From a virus (Duplodnaviria > Caudoviricetes), in IMG/VR virus record IMGVR_UViG_3300032290_001595, positions 1 through 24,227 of that record: 24,227 nt of DNA. One strand, given 5' to 3'. This document shows positions 1-10,001 of this stretch, piece by piece. The position numbers were made by a program, and so were the translations under genes. A model generated the notes under the pieces. That model was given only the letters and a program-made list of their open reading frames with translations. It had not been told where the DNA came from and searched no databases. The first letter of the stretch is position 1. Each line of letters begins with the position of its first letter.

Positions 1-117
1 GGTTGTACTGGTTGTACTGGTTGTACTGGTTGTACTGGTTGTACTGGTTGTACTGGTTGTACTGGTTGTACTGGTTGTACTGGTTGTACTGGTTGTACTG
101 GTTGTACTGGTTGTACT
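1..117 (-). repeat. Perfect 9-bp tandem repeat (GGTTGTACT x13, open at the edge) encoding (Pro-Val-Gln)n
   Basis: 13 identical copies start at 1, 10, ... 109. In the frame of the 1..4916 ORF the unit reads CCA GTA CAA and is preceded by Pro-rich EPMIPGPGTPPSSPPS. Confidence 0.97.
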
Positions 118-3100
118 GATGGTGGTGAAGATGGAGGTGTTCCTGGACCAGGAATCATTGGTTCATCTTGAGGAACTTCTAGTCTAATTGTTCTAGAAAC
201 AATAACGTTTTCCTGAACTGTATTTATCTTGCCTTCGGAAACATACTTTTCTTCAGCACTAGTTGTATATGTACCAAATATTAATGAATTAGTATTACTG
301 CTAGTTAATCTAAAAGTTTTACTACCACATTCAAATTTAGGATTAACATCTACATTTGGATTTGGAATAAAGAAAGAACCAAGAACCGCACCAGTGTCGT
401 CAGTTATTAATTTAATATCTACAATAGTTGCTTCTGCTTGGCTTGTTTGTCCTCTTAATTTCATTCCAATTGAAATATATCCACTAAATTGTCCTTGTGG
501 TTGATTAGATAAACTATATGTATCAATATTAAGAATAGATGATGTTGACGAATATGATTGAGAAATATTAGTGGTAGAATTATATGGATTTATTGTATAA
601 ACATCAGAAGGACTATTATATGTTCCATACTTATGATTTTGCTGGGCAACTCTAAAAGTTATTTTTGGTAATACTTCATTAGGCGAATCAAAACTACCTA
701 TAACAGTTTCTCCTACCTGAAAAACACCACTAATCATAGTAATTTCAAGTAATTTTGGTACAATATACTTATTAACATCGATACCGCCAAAGAAAGTATA
801 AATTTTTGTTAATGGTTTTAGTCTTTTGGCAATAAATTCAATATTTCTAGATCTCATATAAGGTATTAATCCAGTATTAAGAACTACATCTCCAAAAGAA
901 GTTCTTTTTTCTGAGACTGTCCAAGTATTTGTTGCTGAATCCCAAGTAGCTCCAGCAAACCCCGTTTGTGGATCAGACTGAAGAATTTTTTGTAATTCCG
1001 ATTCTTCTCTATCAACAAAAACAGTATTTCCGGTAGATCTAACTTGATCTACCCAAACATCAGATGATGGTTGTAGGAAAATAGTTCCTGTATAAAAATC
1101 AGTAGTATATGGATTTACATTTACTGATCTTGATGCATATGGTTGATCAATAATTATAGACTCTGTGTAATCTAATGTTATAAGTTGTCCAGTTCTTTTT
1201 ACTCCACTTCCAATTAAACTAGTATCTGTTCTTGCGTCTGCTAAAGGATTTGCTTCTGCTCCTAATCCAATAGAAGAATTTGTTCCAAGTAATAGATCAA
1301 CTGATGTTGTAAAATGAGTTGGTCTTAATTCTAAATTATTTGGATCAATAGAATTTTTATAAACCGTCAATCTGTCTTGAGCATCGTTTGAAGTAAAATT
1401 ATCAACAAAAAATCCACATTTAAATCGGTTACGTTGATTATTATCTAATACTGGAAAATTAGATGCATTAACCTCAAGTAAAGAAAGTGAGGTATAATAT
1501 TCTAAATTTTCAATTCTATCTTCTAACTTACCAATATCTGACATCCTATATCTTTTATGTTCTTTTAATTCAATATTAATTTCATTTACATTAATAAGAT
1601 ATGATGGTAAATATGTAGTAGCAATTTCTAAAACGTCTTCATTGATAATTGGTGGTTGTGGAGTTTCTGCAGGAATTCCTATTTTTAATTGAAATCTACC
1701 AGTTTTATCGATAAGAATTTTATCAATTCTTGGAAGATAGAACGAATATGATAAAAGAATCGATTCATCTGATGCTAAAATATTGGAAGCAGAATTTCCA
1801 GAAGATGTAAAATTCCTTGCTAAAAATTCAAATGGAGATCTTGAATTTAAAGATGGTGAAATAGGAGAAACTCTTGGTCTAATATCTAGAATATCTGAGT
1901 TTCTTAAGGTATCGTAAATACTTGGTATATTAGAATAATTAAATTGCTCATAAGAATTTACCGTTGTTATATCACCCGTGTCCGATGCGGAAAAACTTGC
2001 AGATTCATAAACAATTTTTAATTTTCTTATGGGTTCTTTTGAGTTACTGTTTCTAACAAGTTTTGAATAATCATAAATTGTTTCAGTTTGATTTGACTCA
2101 AAATCAAAAGAAGAACTAATATCTTTATCTCCGGAATTTATAACAGAAATAAATGCAGTAATTCCAGATTCTCCAAACGTTACTTTTTCACCTTCAATAA
2201 AACTATTTGAATTTAAATTTACAAATCCTATCTGTAAATCATTAATTTTTTCTGCATATACTCCTATAGATTGACTGCGTTCTCCAATAAAAGATTCTCC
2301 AATTAAAAGATCTCCAGTTTTATTAGTTGGACCATTTATAAAAGTTAAAACAATAGATGGAACGTTAGGATCGGTTACATCACTTGATTCAAATACACCA
2401 TAAACGCCCGTTACATCAGATTCAAGTAAACAAATTTCTTCATCTTGCACTCTAGTACCATATGGATAATTTCCATACATAAGTCCGTCATTTAAGGTAG
2501 TTGCACCAACTCCAGATGCAGAATATATTGATTTATCAATAACTATAGATTTTATTCTATTTCTATTTTTAATTTTTGATTTTACGTTGTTTTTTCTAAG
2601 GGTGGCAATTAATTTTGCGGGTCCACTTCCGGAAATACCATTGATAGTTAATGAACTGGATCCAGAACCAAAAGAAAATTTATCTTCAGTTAATGTTTCT
2701 GTTTGACCACTACTCATTATTAAAACATATCGTTCTTCATCAAATGGCAAAAATGTCTCATTTGTTCCGGCATTAATCACTCCAGTAGAACTAGATGTAA
2801 TAGTAACATCAAACTGTTTTCTTATTGTTAAACTAGAATTGGTTAAATCGACATTTGATACATATTGTTTTGGAAGAACGGTGTATAAAGAATTATCCTC
2901 CGATGATTGTAATGTCGTAGTTATGATTTTAAAATCTGAAGGATTAATCTCAACTGTCGGAAGATTACCGTTACAAACACCGACGACTGATGTAACACTA
3001 CTAATTTCTAATTTTCTATCAGATACTGAGGTAATTTTGGCGTAACTAATTGTAGAGATTCCGGGATTAGAAAATGCTACTAGATTTCCTGCAGTTACAA

Positions 3101-4916
3101 TTCCGGTAAAAATTATATTAGAAGAAGTTACTGTACTGATTCCACCAGATTCTGCAGTTATCTTCACCTGCCCAATAAGTGCAGAAGAACTCTGAATCGT
3201 ATCTGCATTAAAGGTATATGCAGTTCCAACTACACCATAAATTGATTTTACATCATTTATTCCATATTCTTTTATTAATTTAGTTACTCTAGTATTCTCT
3301 ACACCATCAAATATAAGTTTTTCTCCCAATGAAAATTTGCCGCTAGAATTATAAACTGTAATTGCTGTTCCTGCCGAAACATCATATCTAAGAAAACCTA
3401 CAGCACCACTTTGTTTTCCTTTAATATGAGTGGGAGTGTTTAAAGTTATTGGTTCATTTAATTGAATAGTTGTATATGGTTGTATATCATACAGAGTAAT
3501 ATCCCATTGATTTTCTTGTCGATTTGATGTAGTGTATGAACCAGATTCTAAAGCAAAATCATACACTCTAGCAAGACCAATCTCATTTCCTGATACAATA
3601 TGTGAAGATATTCCTACTCTAGAGTCTCTTAAACTAACATAATAAGTAGTAGCAATGCTAACTATTGGAGAACCATAAACTCTGTTGAGTGTAATTGTTG
3701 ATCCTGTAAAATAATTTATACTTTGATTTTCTAAAGTTTTTGTATTTCTTGGTTTAGGAAAATCTAAAAATGTTGGACTAATAGTTTCAATTTCAAATCC
3801 TCTTACATATGCTTTAAGTGGAGATATATTATAAGTTCCAAGATCTTCACTTGGAGTATTATTATTATATGTTAATTGATTTGAATTGAAGACACCATTA
3901 TTGCCTATAAAATTGTTAAGAGTTTCTTGTGCCTTTACAATTGGTGAATTTACATAATAATCTCCAGATTCATCAAACGTTCTTCTTGCAAATTCTTGTG
4001 CTAGTATATTATATTCTGGTTTGTCTAAAATATTAACAAGTTTACCTGCATTAATTTCTAATAATTGTACAAAATTATTAGAATCAATTGAGTCTAACGG
4101 TATTTGTTCTAATATTGCAAAAATCGAAAATCTATCTGCTCCAGGTGCTCCATAATTTGAGAATCCTTGAGAGTTATCATATAAAGAATCATCATCATAT
4201 GATGTTTTAATTTCCTCAATTATTCTAAGACCAACTTTAGCACTTGGAACATTTGAATATGGGTCTAAGTATAAAATACTTGTAGGAACATTTACAAAGT
4301 GTCCTCTTAGAAAATATATTCCTTCTTCCAAATAAACTGCAGATCCTATGGTTGTACTATTTTGTGAAATTGTAGTTGCAAATCCTTCTCCCACTCTAAT
4401 TAAAATTTCTGAGGGTTCCTCGTCATCTATAGTATTTGGATCTAATACTAAAACGTCTTGATCTAATAATAAGTTTTCACCATCTATAAAAGTTTTTTGT
4501 GAATTATCTTCGTTCCCTGAGGTTAAATATTTTACAAATAAAGTATTTTTACTTACACTGTTGCCCGATGTTAAATAACTTTCAATCGTAGCAGTAACAC
4601 CACTTTGTTGACCTTTTATTTTTGTTCCTAATAAACTTTCGAGATAGATATTAGAAGGAAGTCCTTGATAATAATCATCTAAAATTACACTATTAAGATC
4701 GTTTTTATAAACTATGTTTCCAGGAACAACTACAGAACCCTCTTTAAAAATATGATTTCCAAATTGTTCAATTTGATTTTGTAATATAGATTGTAATGTA
4801 GTTAATTCTCTTGCCTGGACTGGATATCCTGGTTTAAAAAGAACTTTATAATAATCATTTCTAAAATCAAAGTCATCAAAATAAGGAGAGACATTAAGAT
4901 TTGTTTCTTGTGGCAT
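1..4916 (-). CDS. Large virion structural protein, VrlC/DUF4815-like (3' end truncated by the window edge; at least 1638 aa)
   Basis: Absent from the ORF track because it has no stop in the window. ATG at 4914-4916, 12 nt after the gp8 stop. I translate the N-terminus as MPQETNLNVSPYFDDFDFRNDYYKVLFKPGYPVQARELTTLQSILQNQIEQFGNHIFKEGSVVVPG, the typical start of the large structural protein that follows gp8 in T4-like cyanophages. Spot checks give the same frame further on (FLQPSSDVWVDQVR near 1040-1080; EGKINTVQENVIV near 200-240), and IPYMRSRNIEF reads near 835-870. Not every codon was checked. Confidence 0.88.
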   Translation of the reverse strand, partial: MPQETNLNVSPYFDDFDFRNDYYKVLFKPGYPVQARELTTLQSILQNQIEQFGNHIFKEGSVVVPGNIVYKNDLNSVILDDYYQGLPSNIYLESLLGTKIKGQQSGVTATIESYLTSGNSVSKNTLFVKYLTSGNEDNSQKTFIDGENLLLDQDVLVLDPNTIDDEEPSEILIRVGEGFATTISQNSTTIGSAVYLEEGIYFLRGHFVNVPTSILYLDPYSNVPSAKVGLRIIEEIKTSYDDDSLYDNSQGFSNYGAPGADRFSIFAILEQIPLDSIDSNNFVQLLEINAGKLVNILDKPEYNILAQEFARRTFDESGDYYVNSPIVKAQETLNNFIGNNGVFNSNQLTYNNNTPSEDLGTYNISPLKAYVRGFEIETISPTFLDFPKPRNTKTLENQSINYFTGSTITLNRVYGSPIVSIATTYYVSLRDSRVGISSHIVSGNEIGLARVYDFALESGSYTTSNRQENQWDITLYDIQPYTTIQLNEPITLNTPTHIKGKQSGAVGFLRYDVSAGTAITVYNSSGKFSLGEKLIFDGVENTRVTKLIKEYGINDVKSIYGVVGTAYTFNADTIQSSSALIGQVKITAESGGISTVTSSNIIFTGIVTAGNLVAFSNPGISTISYAKITSVSDRKLEISSVTSVVGVCNGNLPTVEINPSDFKIITTTLQSSEDNSLYTVLPKQYVSNVDLTNSSLTIRKQFDVTITSSSTGVINAGTNETFLPFDEERYVLIMSSGQTETLTEDKFSFGSGSSSLTINGISGSGPAKLIATLRKNNVKSKIKNRNRIKSIVIDKSIYSASGVGATTLNDGLMYGNYPYGTRVQDEEICLLESDVTGVYGVFESSDVTDPNVPSIVLTFINGPTNKTGDLLIGESFIGERSQSIGVYAEKINDLQIGFVNLNSNSFIEGEKVTFGESGITAFISVINSGDKDISSSFDFESNQTETIYDYSKLVRNSNSKEPIRKLKIVYESASFSASDTGDITTVNSYEQFNYSNIPSIYDTLRNSDILDIRPRVSPISPSLNSRSPFEFLARNFTSSGNSASNILASDESILLSYSFYLPRIDKILIDKTGRFQLKIGIPAETPQPPIINEDVLEIATTYLPSYLINVNEINIELKEHKRYRMSDIGKLEDRIENLEYYTSLSLLEVNASNFPVLDNNQRNRFKCGFFVDNFTSNDAQDRLTVYKNSIDPNNLELRPTHFTTSVDLLLGTNSSIGLGAEANPLADARTDTSLIGSGVKRTGQLITLDYTESIIIDQPYASRSVNVNPYTTDFYTGTIFLQPSSDVWVDQVRSTGNTVFVDREESELQKILQSDPQTGFAGATWDSATNTWTVSEKRTSFGDVVLNTGLIPYMRSRNIEFIAKRLKPLTKIYTFFGGIDVNKYIVPKLLEITMISGVFQVGETVIGSFDSPNEVLPKITFRVAQQNHKYGTYNSPSDVYTINPYNSTTNISQSYSSTSSILNIDTYSLSNQPQGQFSGYISIGMKLRGQTSQAEATIVDIKLITDDTGAVLGSFFIPNPNVDVNPKFECGSKTFRLTSSNTNSLIFGTYTTSAEEKYVSEGKINTVQENVIVSRTIRLEVPQDEPMIPGPGTPPSSPPSVQPVQPVQPVQPVQPVQPVQPVQPVQPVQPVQPVQPVQ

Positions 4917-4928
4917 GGTGTTTAATCT

Positions 4929-6482
4929 TTAAAATTGCAAAATAACTTTGATATCTTCTCTTTGATTTGTAGACCTAGTTATTGATGGTCTATGATCAAC
5001 GTAAATTATATTTCCCGAATATTTTTTAACCTCAGGATTTGATATTCCTCTGGTGAAGGATTGTCCAAGATAGTATGTTCTACTATTTATTGAAGTGGAT
5101 TCACCACTAAAGGAAGTATCTATTCCCAAAACTACACTTCCACCAGTAATATTTAATGATCCTCCTGTTGAAGGAGAAGAAGTAAATCTATTTAAATTAA
5201 ATCCATAAGTTGGAGAAGAATTTTGCGTTCCATCACTATTAAATCCAACTAAAGATTTATCTTGCCAATATTTTAGAATACCAGTATTCTTATCATAAGA
5301 AATTACTCTACCGACAGCAGTAGATGCAGTTCCAATAGTTTGTGTAATTCTAGAATCCGCATTAAAAGTTGCAGAATCATATCCATTTCCCGATAACTTA
5401 AGTGCATAAACTGCACTTGCTTTATTTTCTGCCAATAGAGAAGATGCTCCATATACTTCGGGATTTTCAACAATTCCAATTCTAGAAATTTGATTTCCTG
5501 TTATAAAATCAGGATTTTCTGAATCATTTTCAATTCTAGAAAAAATTAAAACATTTTTTGCTCCTAATTCTCTATAAATATCTGCTCCATGACCACCTTT
5601 TGGTGGAATAATCACATCAAAAGATGGCGTTGTAGACCCAGTAGGAACTCCACCAGAAACCAAATCAACTGTTCCATAAGTATATCCAGATCCACCCTTA
5701 GAAACAGTAATTGAATCTATTTTTGAGTCATTATTGACAATTATTGTAACCTCAGCTCCAGATCCATCACCTACAATAGGAACTTTTACATATGATCTAT
5801 TAGGAGGTCCAACTTCAACTCCACGATTTGTAATTGTCACTATTTTTATTTGTCCACTAGTTGATGCATTATCTCTTACTGGAGCATTGTCATCACTAGT
5901 TTCCCAATTTTTTGGAACAGGTATAAAATTAGTAGAATCAAATTTTATAATTTCACTAGGTTTAATTGTATACAAATATTTCCAAATATACCCGTCTCCA
6001 CTATCTCCTGCGATTTTTGGTTCCAGATCTGTAAATGTAGGTTGATCTAAAGATGTCCTTCCTTCAGGGTTGTCTGGATCAGTTCCATTTTGGAGACAAA
6101 TATAAACTCTATAATCTTCATTTATTACATAATAGTTTGCAGAATATAAACTAGTTGCTCCTGATGGGTTTGATGTATTAGTTCTACTAATATCATGACG
6201 GTACATGTCATATATTGTACCTGATGTCCAAACATTCTTTTTTACAACTTGATTTATATCACTAGGATAGATTTTTTTTAATCCAACCATTGTGTCCCAA
6301 TAATCATTCTCTTGATCAAAACTATCTTTAGGTGCTGGTGGATTAAAATCCCAATTTGAATCATAATCAGTAGGATTTGTTAGACCAACAAAGCAATAAT
6401 AAGAATTTGTAGTAGAAGTTGCGGTCGCTACAAAGTTTTTTGCATTTAAAATTCTAAGTTGATCAGTTATTATTGCAGACAT
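4929..6482 (-). CDS. gp8: Baseplate wedge subunit, T4 gp8-like
   Basis: 517 aa. MSAIITDQLRILNAKNF start, WTSGTIYDMYRHD, YRVYICLQNG, GDGYIWKYLYTI, GHGADIYRELGA, and C-terminal SGNIIYVDHRPSITRSTNQREDIKVILQF are characteristic of gp8-family proteins. Position after gp6/gp7 fits. Confidence 0.92.
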   Translation of the reverse strand: MSAIITDQLRILNAKNFVATATSTTNSYYCFVGLTNPTDYDSNWDFNPPAPKDSFDQENDYWDTMVGLKKIYPSDINQVVKKNVWTSGTIYDMYRHDISRTNTSNPSGATSLYSANYYVINEDYRVYICLQNGTDPDNPEGRTSLDQPTFTDLEPKIAGDSGDGYIWKYLYTIKPSEIIKFDSTNFIPVPKNWETSDDNAPVRDNASTSGQIKIVTITNRGVEVGPPNRSYVKVPIVGDGSGAEVTIIVNNDSKIDSITVSKGGSGYTYGTVDLVSGGVPTGSTTPSFDVIIPPKGGHGADIYRELGAKNVLIFSRIENDSENPDFITGNQISRIGIVENPEVYGASSLLAENKASAVYALKLSGNGYDSATFNADSRITQTIGTASTAVGRVISYDKNTGILKYWQDKSLVGFNSDGTQNSSPTYGFNLNRFTSSPSTGGSLNITGGSVVLGIDTSFSGESTSINSRTYYLGQSFTRGISNPEVKKYSGNIIYVDHRPSITRSTNQREDIKVILQF

Positions 6483-6494
6483 TTTGTAGTTTTT

Positions 6495-6505
6495 TATTTA
6501 TTTAT
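6495..6505 (-). promoter_or_regulatory. Candidate T4-type late promoter (two overlapping ATAAATA)
   Basis: Minus strand reads TAATAAATAAATAAAAAACTACAAAATG. ATAAATA matches the T4/cyanophage late (gp55 sigma) -10 element and lies 12 nt before the gp8 ATG. The AT-rich background lowers specificity. Confidence 0.65.
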
Positions 6506-9500
6506 TAGATATATTTTGAATAATTAAGAGGATTATATCTTTCTACGATTGGTGACGTTGAAATTCCAACTAAACCATTATTATAAAATTCAAAATCTTT
6601 TGGATTTGATCTAAATGGAGCAGAAATTCTTCCCCAACTAAATTCTCCAAAAAATTCACTATGACCAGTTCCAACAAGACCATTATAATTTCTAACACTT
6701 ACTGTGACTTTAGCAACATGCGTAACTCCTAACCCAGGAACACTTGTTTGGGCAATTGAAACTGCGGCAACTTGATATACATTATCTAAGAAAGAATTTC
6801 CAATTGAAACTATTGATCCATTTGATCTTAAAGAAGTAACGCCATATCCAATATTTGAATTATATACAACAAAATAATATCCTGTTTGAATTCCACTTAC
6901 CGTTATTGCAGTGCCAACTATTGAAGAATCTCTTAGGAAGGAATCTTTGGGTATAACAAGATCAAATACAATTCCTGTAGATGCAACTCCTACAGACACT
7001 GTTGAAACTCCAGAAATAATTCCAAAATCTCCAGTATATGTAACTAATGAAATGTCTTCTACATAATCTGAAATTTTAGGACTTTCAATAATAACTATTG
7101 GAGGATTAGTTGAAGTATACCCAAATCCTGGATTTGTTATTCTAATTGAAGTAACAATTCCAGATGTAATCGATGATGTTGCAGTAGCTTTTTTATAATT
7201 TCTTATGAATTCAAAAATTGTAGTTGCTATTCCAACATTAGTAGTTGTAGTTCCAAGACCAACTCGACTAGGACCTAAAGAAACAACAGAAGTTCCAGTA
7301 GGAACATATTCATTTTGAACAATCAATCCTGTAGTTATTCCTACTGTGTTTATTCCTGTAATAATATTTGTACTTATACCAATAGTGCCTATAGTAGATG
7401 CAATGGAAACAAAATCTCCAATATTTATTGGGTCAGCAAAAATAACTGTTGGAGCAGATATATAACCATTACCATCGTTTGTAATAGATATTGAAGTTAT
7501 TGTGCCAGCAGTAGATACTATTGCAGTAGCAGAAGCTCCAACAAGATTGTCTTGAGATACTATTTTAATCTTATTTTGTTTTGAAGAATTTTCTTTTGCA
7601 CTATCAAAAAATGTTTTTACACTTTCAACAAAAATAACTGTGGATCCTATACCAACCGATTGTATAATTTTTGTATTTGGATAAATTAAAGGTTCATACC
7701 AAATTCTATCCTTTGTAATCGGTTTTCCATCGATAAACAAATCATCAGTTTGTTTGCACCAAATTAACGGTCTAGTATAATTTGTATCAACATTTATTCC
7801 GGGTCCGGGATATGAATTGGTATCAATACTATCAATAGAGTTAACTGACATTACAATTCTCTCTTCTTCACTATAAGCAAAGTTATCATCATTTAATCTT
7901 ACATTATCTCCAGGTTTAATCGTCTCCAGAACATCAACATCAATAACGTCAACAGACGAAGTTCCCTGATAAAAAAGTATTTTTGAGGTATCTCCTGGTT
8001 TTGGAGCTTCTGTAAATGTAATATAACTTCCACCATTAAACGTATATCCTTTACCCGGAACTTGTAATATATCATTTATGAATATTAATAGAGTTGCTTG
8101 TATATCAATATTAGAACCTTTTTTAGACTTAATTGACCTGGGAGATCCATTTAACTTAATCTGAAATGATGTTGAATTTCCATCAAATAACTCATCAAAA
8201 GCATCAAGAACTAAAAGGCTTCCTAAAGACCAACCAGAAAAACTATCCGAATATGTTCTATCAACAGTAATTTGGAATTCATTAAATGTAATTCCAAATG
8301 AAGTAGGAATACCAACAGTTCCACCAACACCAACTGTTAAAATTTCTCCAGATTTGTATCCATATCCAGTATTTTGAATTTCAAAATCAATTATACTAGA
8401 TCCTTGCCCAACAACTATATTAATTGTAGCTTCAGTACCAATTCCAGCAATAGAGGAAGAACTATATTTCAGAGGAATGTTAGAATAACTTAATGGAGAA
8501 TCAAATACAACTATAGGTGGATTTGTAAAAGTATATCCAACTCCAGGATTTGTAATTGCAACACTTACTATGTTTCCATTTAGAACTGAAGCAATACCAA
8601 TATATGTAATATTAGTATCTTCTAGATCTTCTGTTTTAACACCAACTCTAACAGATTGAAGACCAGAACGATATCCAGATCCACTATTTCCAATAGAAAT
8701 TGAAGAAACTGTCCCTAATCCAGAAATAATTGCTGTTCCTCCAGCAGAAACTAATGGTTGATATCCAAGACCTGGAGTAGAAGCAACTGAAATTATTACT
8801 CCACCTGAAGGAACATTAGCAGTATTAATATCATAGGATGTTGATGAAATTGACCCAGTAAATAGAATACTAGTAATTCCTACATTTTCTTTAAGAGTAT
8901 AATCTCCAATAACGTTAACCGGAAAATTAAGTCCTTGTGGACCTTGAAAAATTTGATTAACTAATATTACAGAGTTATCTGATGAAATATCAGTTACATT
9001 GTTTCCATTTGATTTTAATGTAAATGAGGTTGAATAACCACTAAATCCCAATGAAATATCATCAAAAATATAGTTTTTGCTGTAAGGTTCTTCACTTGTA
9101 TTTGGAATTGCTGATCTTATAAATGATCTTCCACTAAAAATAGAAGATGTACTAATTCCGCTATAATCTACCTCATCTGGAGACACTGTTGAATATTCAA
9201 CTGGTTTTAGACCATACGGGGCGGTTCTAAAATTAATCGCACTATTCGTGATGTTATAATCGCCTTTAATTTTTGTAATTAATGATCCAGTAGAGTGTGA
9301 AGAACCTACTGTTCCCATCGTTGTCCTTCTTACTAAAAAGGCATTAGTTGCTCCATACCCAACAGAATCTAGAATCATTATTTCATCATTAATTTTTATC
9401 AAATCACCGTTAAAAAATGAATTTGTGTCGGAAACAAAAAATAAATTTTGAAGTCTAGTAATTTGATTTATAAGTGATGATGTAATTGCAGTTGAAACAA

Positions 9501-9975
9501 TAGGAGATTGTATTACATTATCAATACTAATTAAAACTCTAGAATTTTCATTTTTTGATGTAAGTGAATGAGAAGTTCCTATTCCAACTGAAGAAATAGT
9601 TAAAGGAACTGGTATAAATTTGAGAGCATTTTCAACACTTGATGCAAATCTAATACTAGATTCACTAACTTTAATTGCATAAACACTTTTTGGAAGTTTA
9701 TCCGTTAAACCTATTCCAGCAATAGATGTTGTAGCAATACCAATAGATTCCGATGTTCCTACCCCAAGATTACTGTAAATTAATTCCTCACCTGTAGTAA
9801 AAAAATGCCCAGGAATTTTAATTAAATTTTTAGTTGAATCTACTATTAAAGAATTACTTCCATCAAAAGTTTGTTTAAATATTGGAATATTTTTATGATT
9901 TAATGGAAATTGATTTTTAATGGTTGAGAAAGTCCCATCATAGGTTGAAAAAGTGCTGTTAATTTGCGCTCCCAT
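6505..9975 (-). CDS. Virion/baseplate structural protein resembling the C-terminal part of cyanophage gp7-like giant proteins
   Basis: 1156 aa, rich in Gly/Ser/Thr/Ile. Contains HFFTTGEELIY and several GxGYxxxPxV modules like those in the upstream 3001-aa ORF, plus LLIFINDILQVPG and a C-terminal FGEFSWGRI. Lies between the gp7-like ORF and gp8. Confidence 0.8.
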   Translation of the reverse strand: MGAQINSTFSTYDGTFSTIKNQFPLNHKNIPIFKQTFDGSNSLIVDSTKNLIKIPGHFFTTGEELIYSNLGVGTSESIGIATTSIAGIGLTDKLPKSVYAIKVSESSIRFASSVENALKFIPVPLTISSVGIGTSHSLTSKNENSRVLISIDNVIQSPIVSTAITSSLINQITRLQNLFFVSDTNSFFNGDLIKINDEIMILDSVGYGATNAFLVRRTTMGTVGSSHSTGSLITKIKGDYNITNSAINFRTAPYGLKPVEYSTVSPDEVDYSGISTSSIFSGRSFIRSAIPNTSEEPYSKNYIFDDISLGFSGYSTSFTLKSNGNNVTDISSDNSVILVNQIFQGPQGLNFPVNVIGDYTLKENVGITSILFTGSISSTSYDINTANVPSGGVIISVASTPGLGYQPLVSAGGTAIISGLGTVSSISIGNSGSGYRSGLQSVRVGVKTEDLEDTNITYIGIASVLNGNIVSVAITNPGVGYTFTNPPIVVFDSPLSYSNIPLKYSSSSIAGIGTEATINIVVGQGSSIIDFEIQNTGYGYKSGEILTVGVGGTVGIPTSFGITFNEFQITVDRTYSDSFSGWSLGSLLVLDAFDELFDGNSTSFQIKLNGSPRSIKSKKGSNIDIQATLLIFINDILQVPGKGYTFNGGSYITFTEAPKPGDTSKILFYQGTSSVDVIDVDVLETIKPGDNVRLNDDNFAYSEEERIVMSVNSIDSIDTNSYPGPGINVDTNYTRPLIWCKQTDDLFIDGKPITKDRIWYEPLIYPNTKIIQSVGIGSTVIFVESVKTFFDSAKENSSKQNKIKIVSQDNLVGASATAIVSTAGTITSISITNDGNGYISAPTVIFADPINIGDFVSIASTIGTIGISTNIITGINTVGITTGLIVQNEYVPTGTSVVSLGPSRVGLGTTTTNVGIATTIFEFIRNYKKATATSSITSGIVTSIRITNPGFGYTSTNPPIVIIESPKISDYVEDISLVTYTGDFGIISGVSTVSVGVASTGIVFDLVIPKDSFLRDSSIVGTAITVSGIQTGYYFVVYNSNIGYGVTSLRSNGSIVSIGNSFLDNVYQVAAVSIAQTSVPGLGVTHVAKVTVSVRNYNGLVGTGHSEFFGEFSWGRISAPFRSNPKDFEFYNNGLVGISTSPIVERYNPLNYSKYI

Positions 9976-10001
9976 ACTACTTACATCTCTATTGAATTAG
10001 G

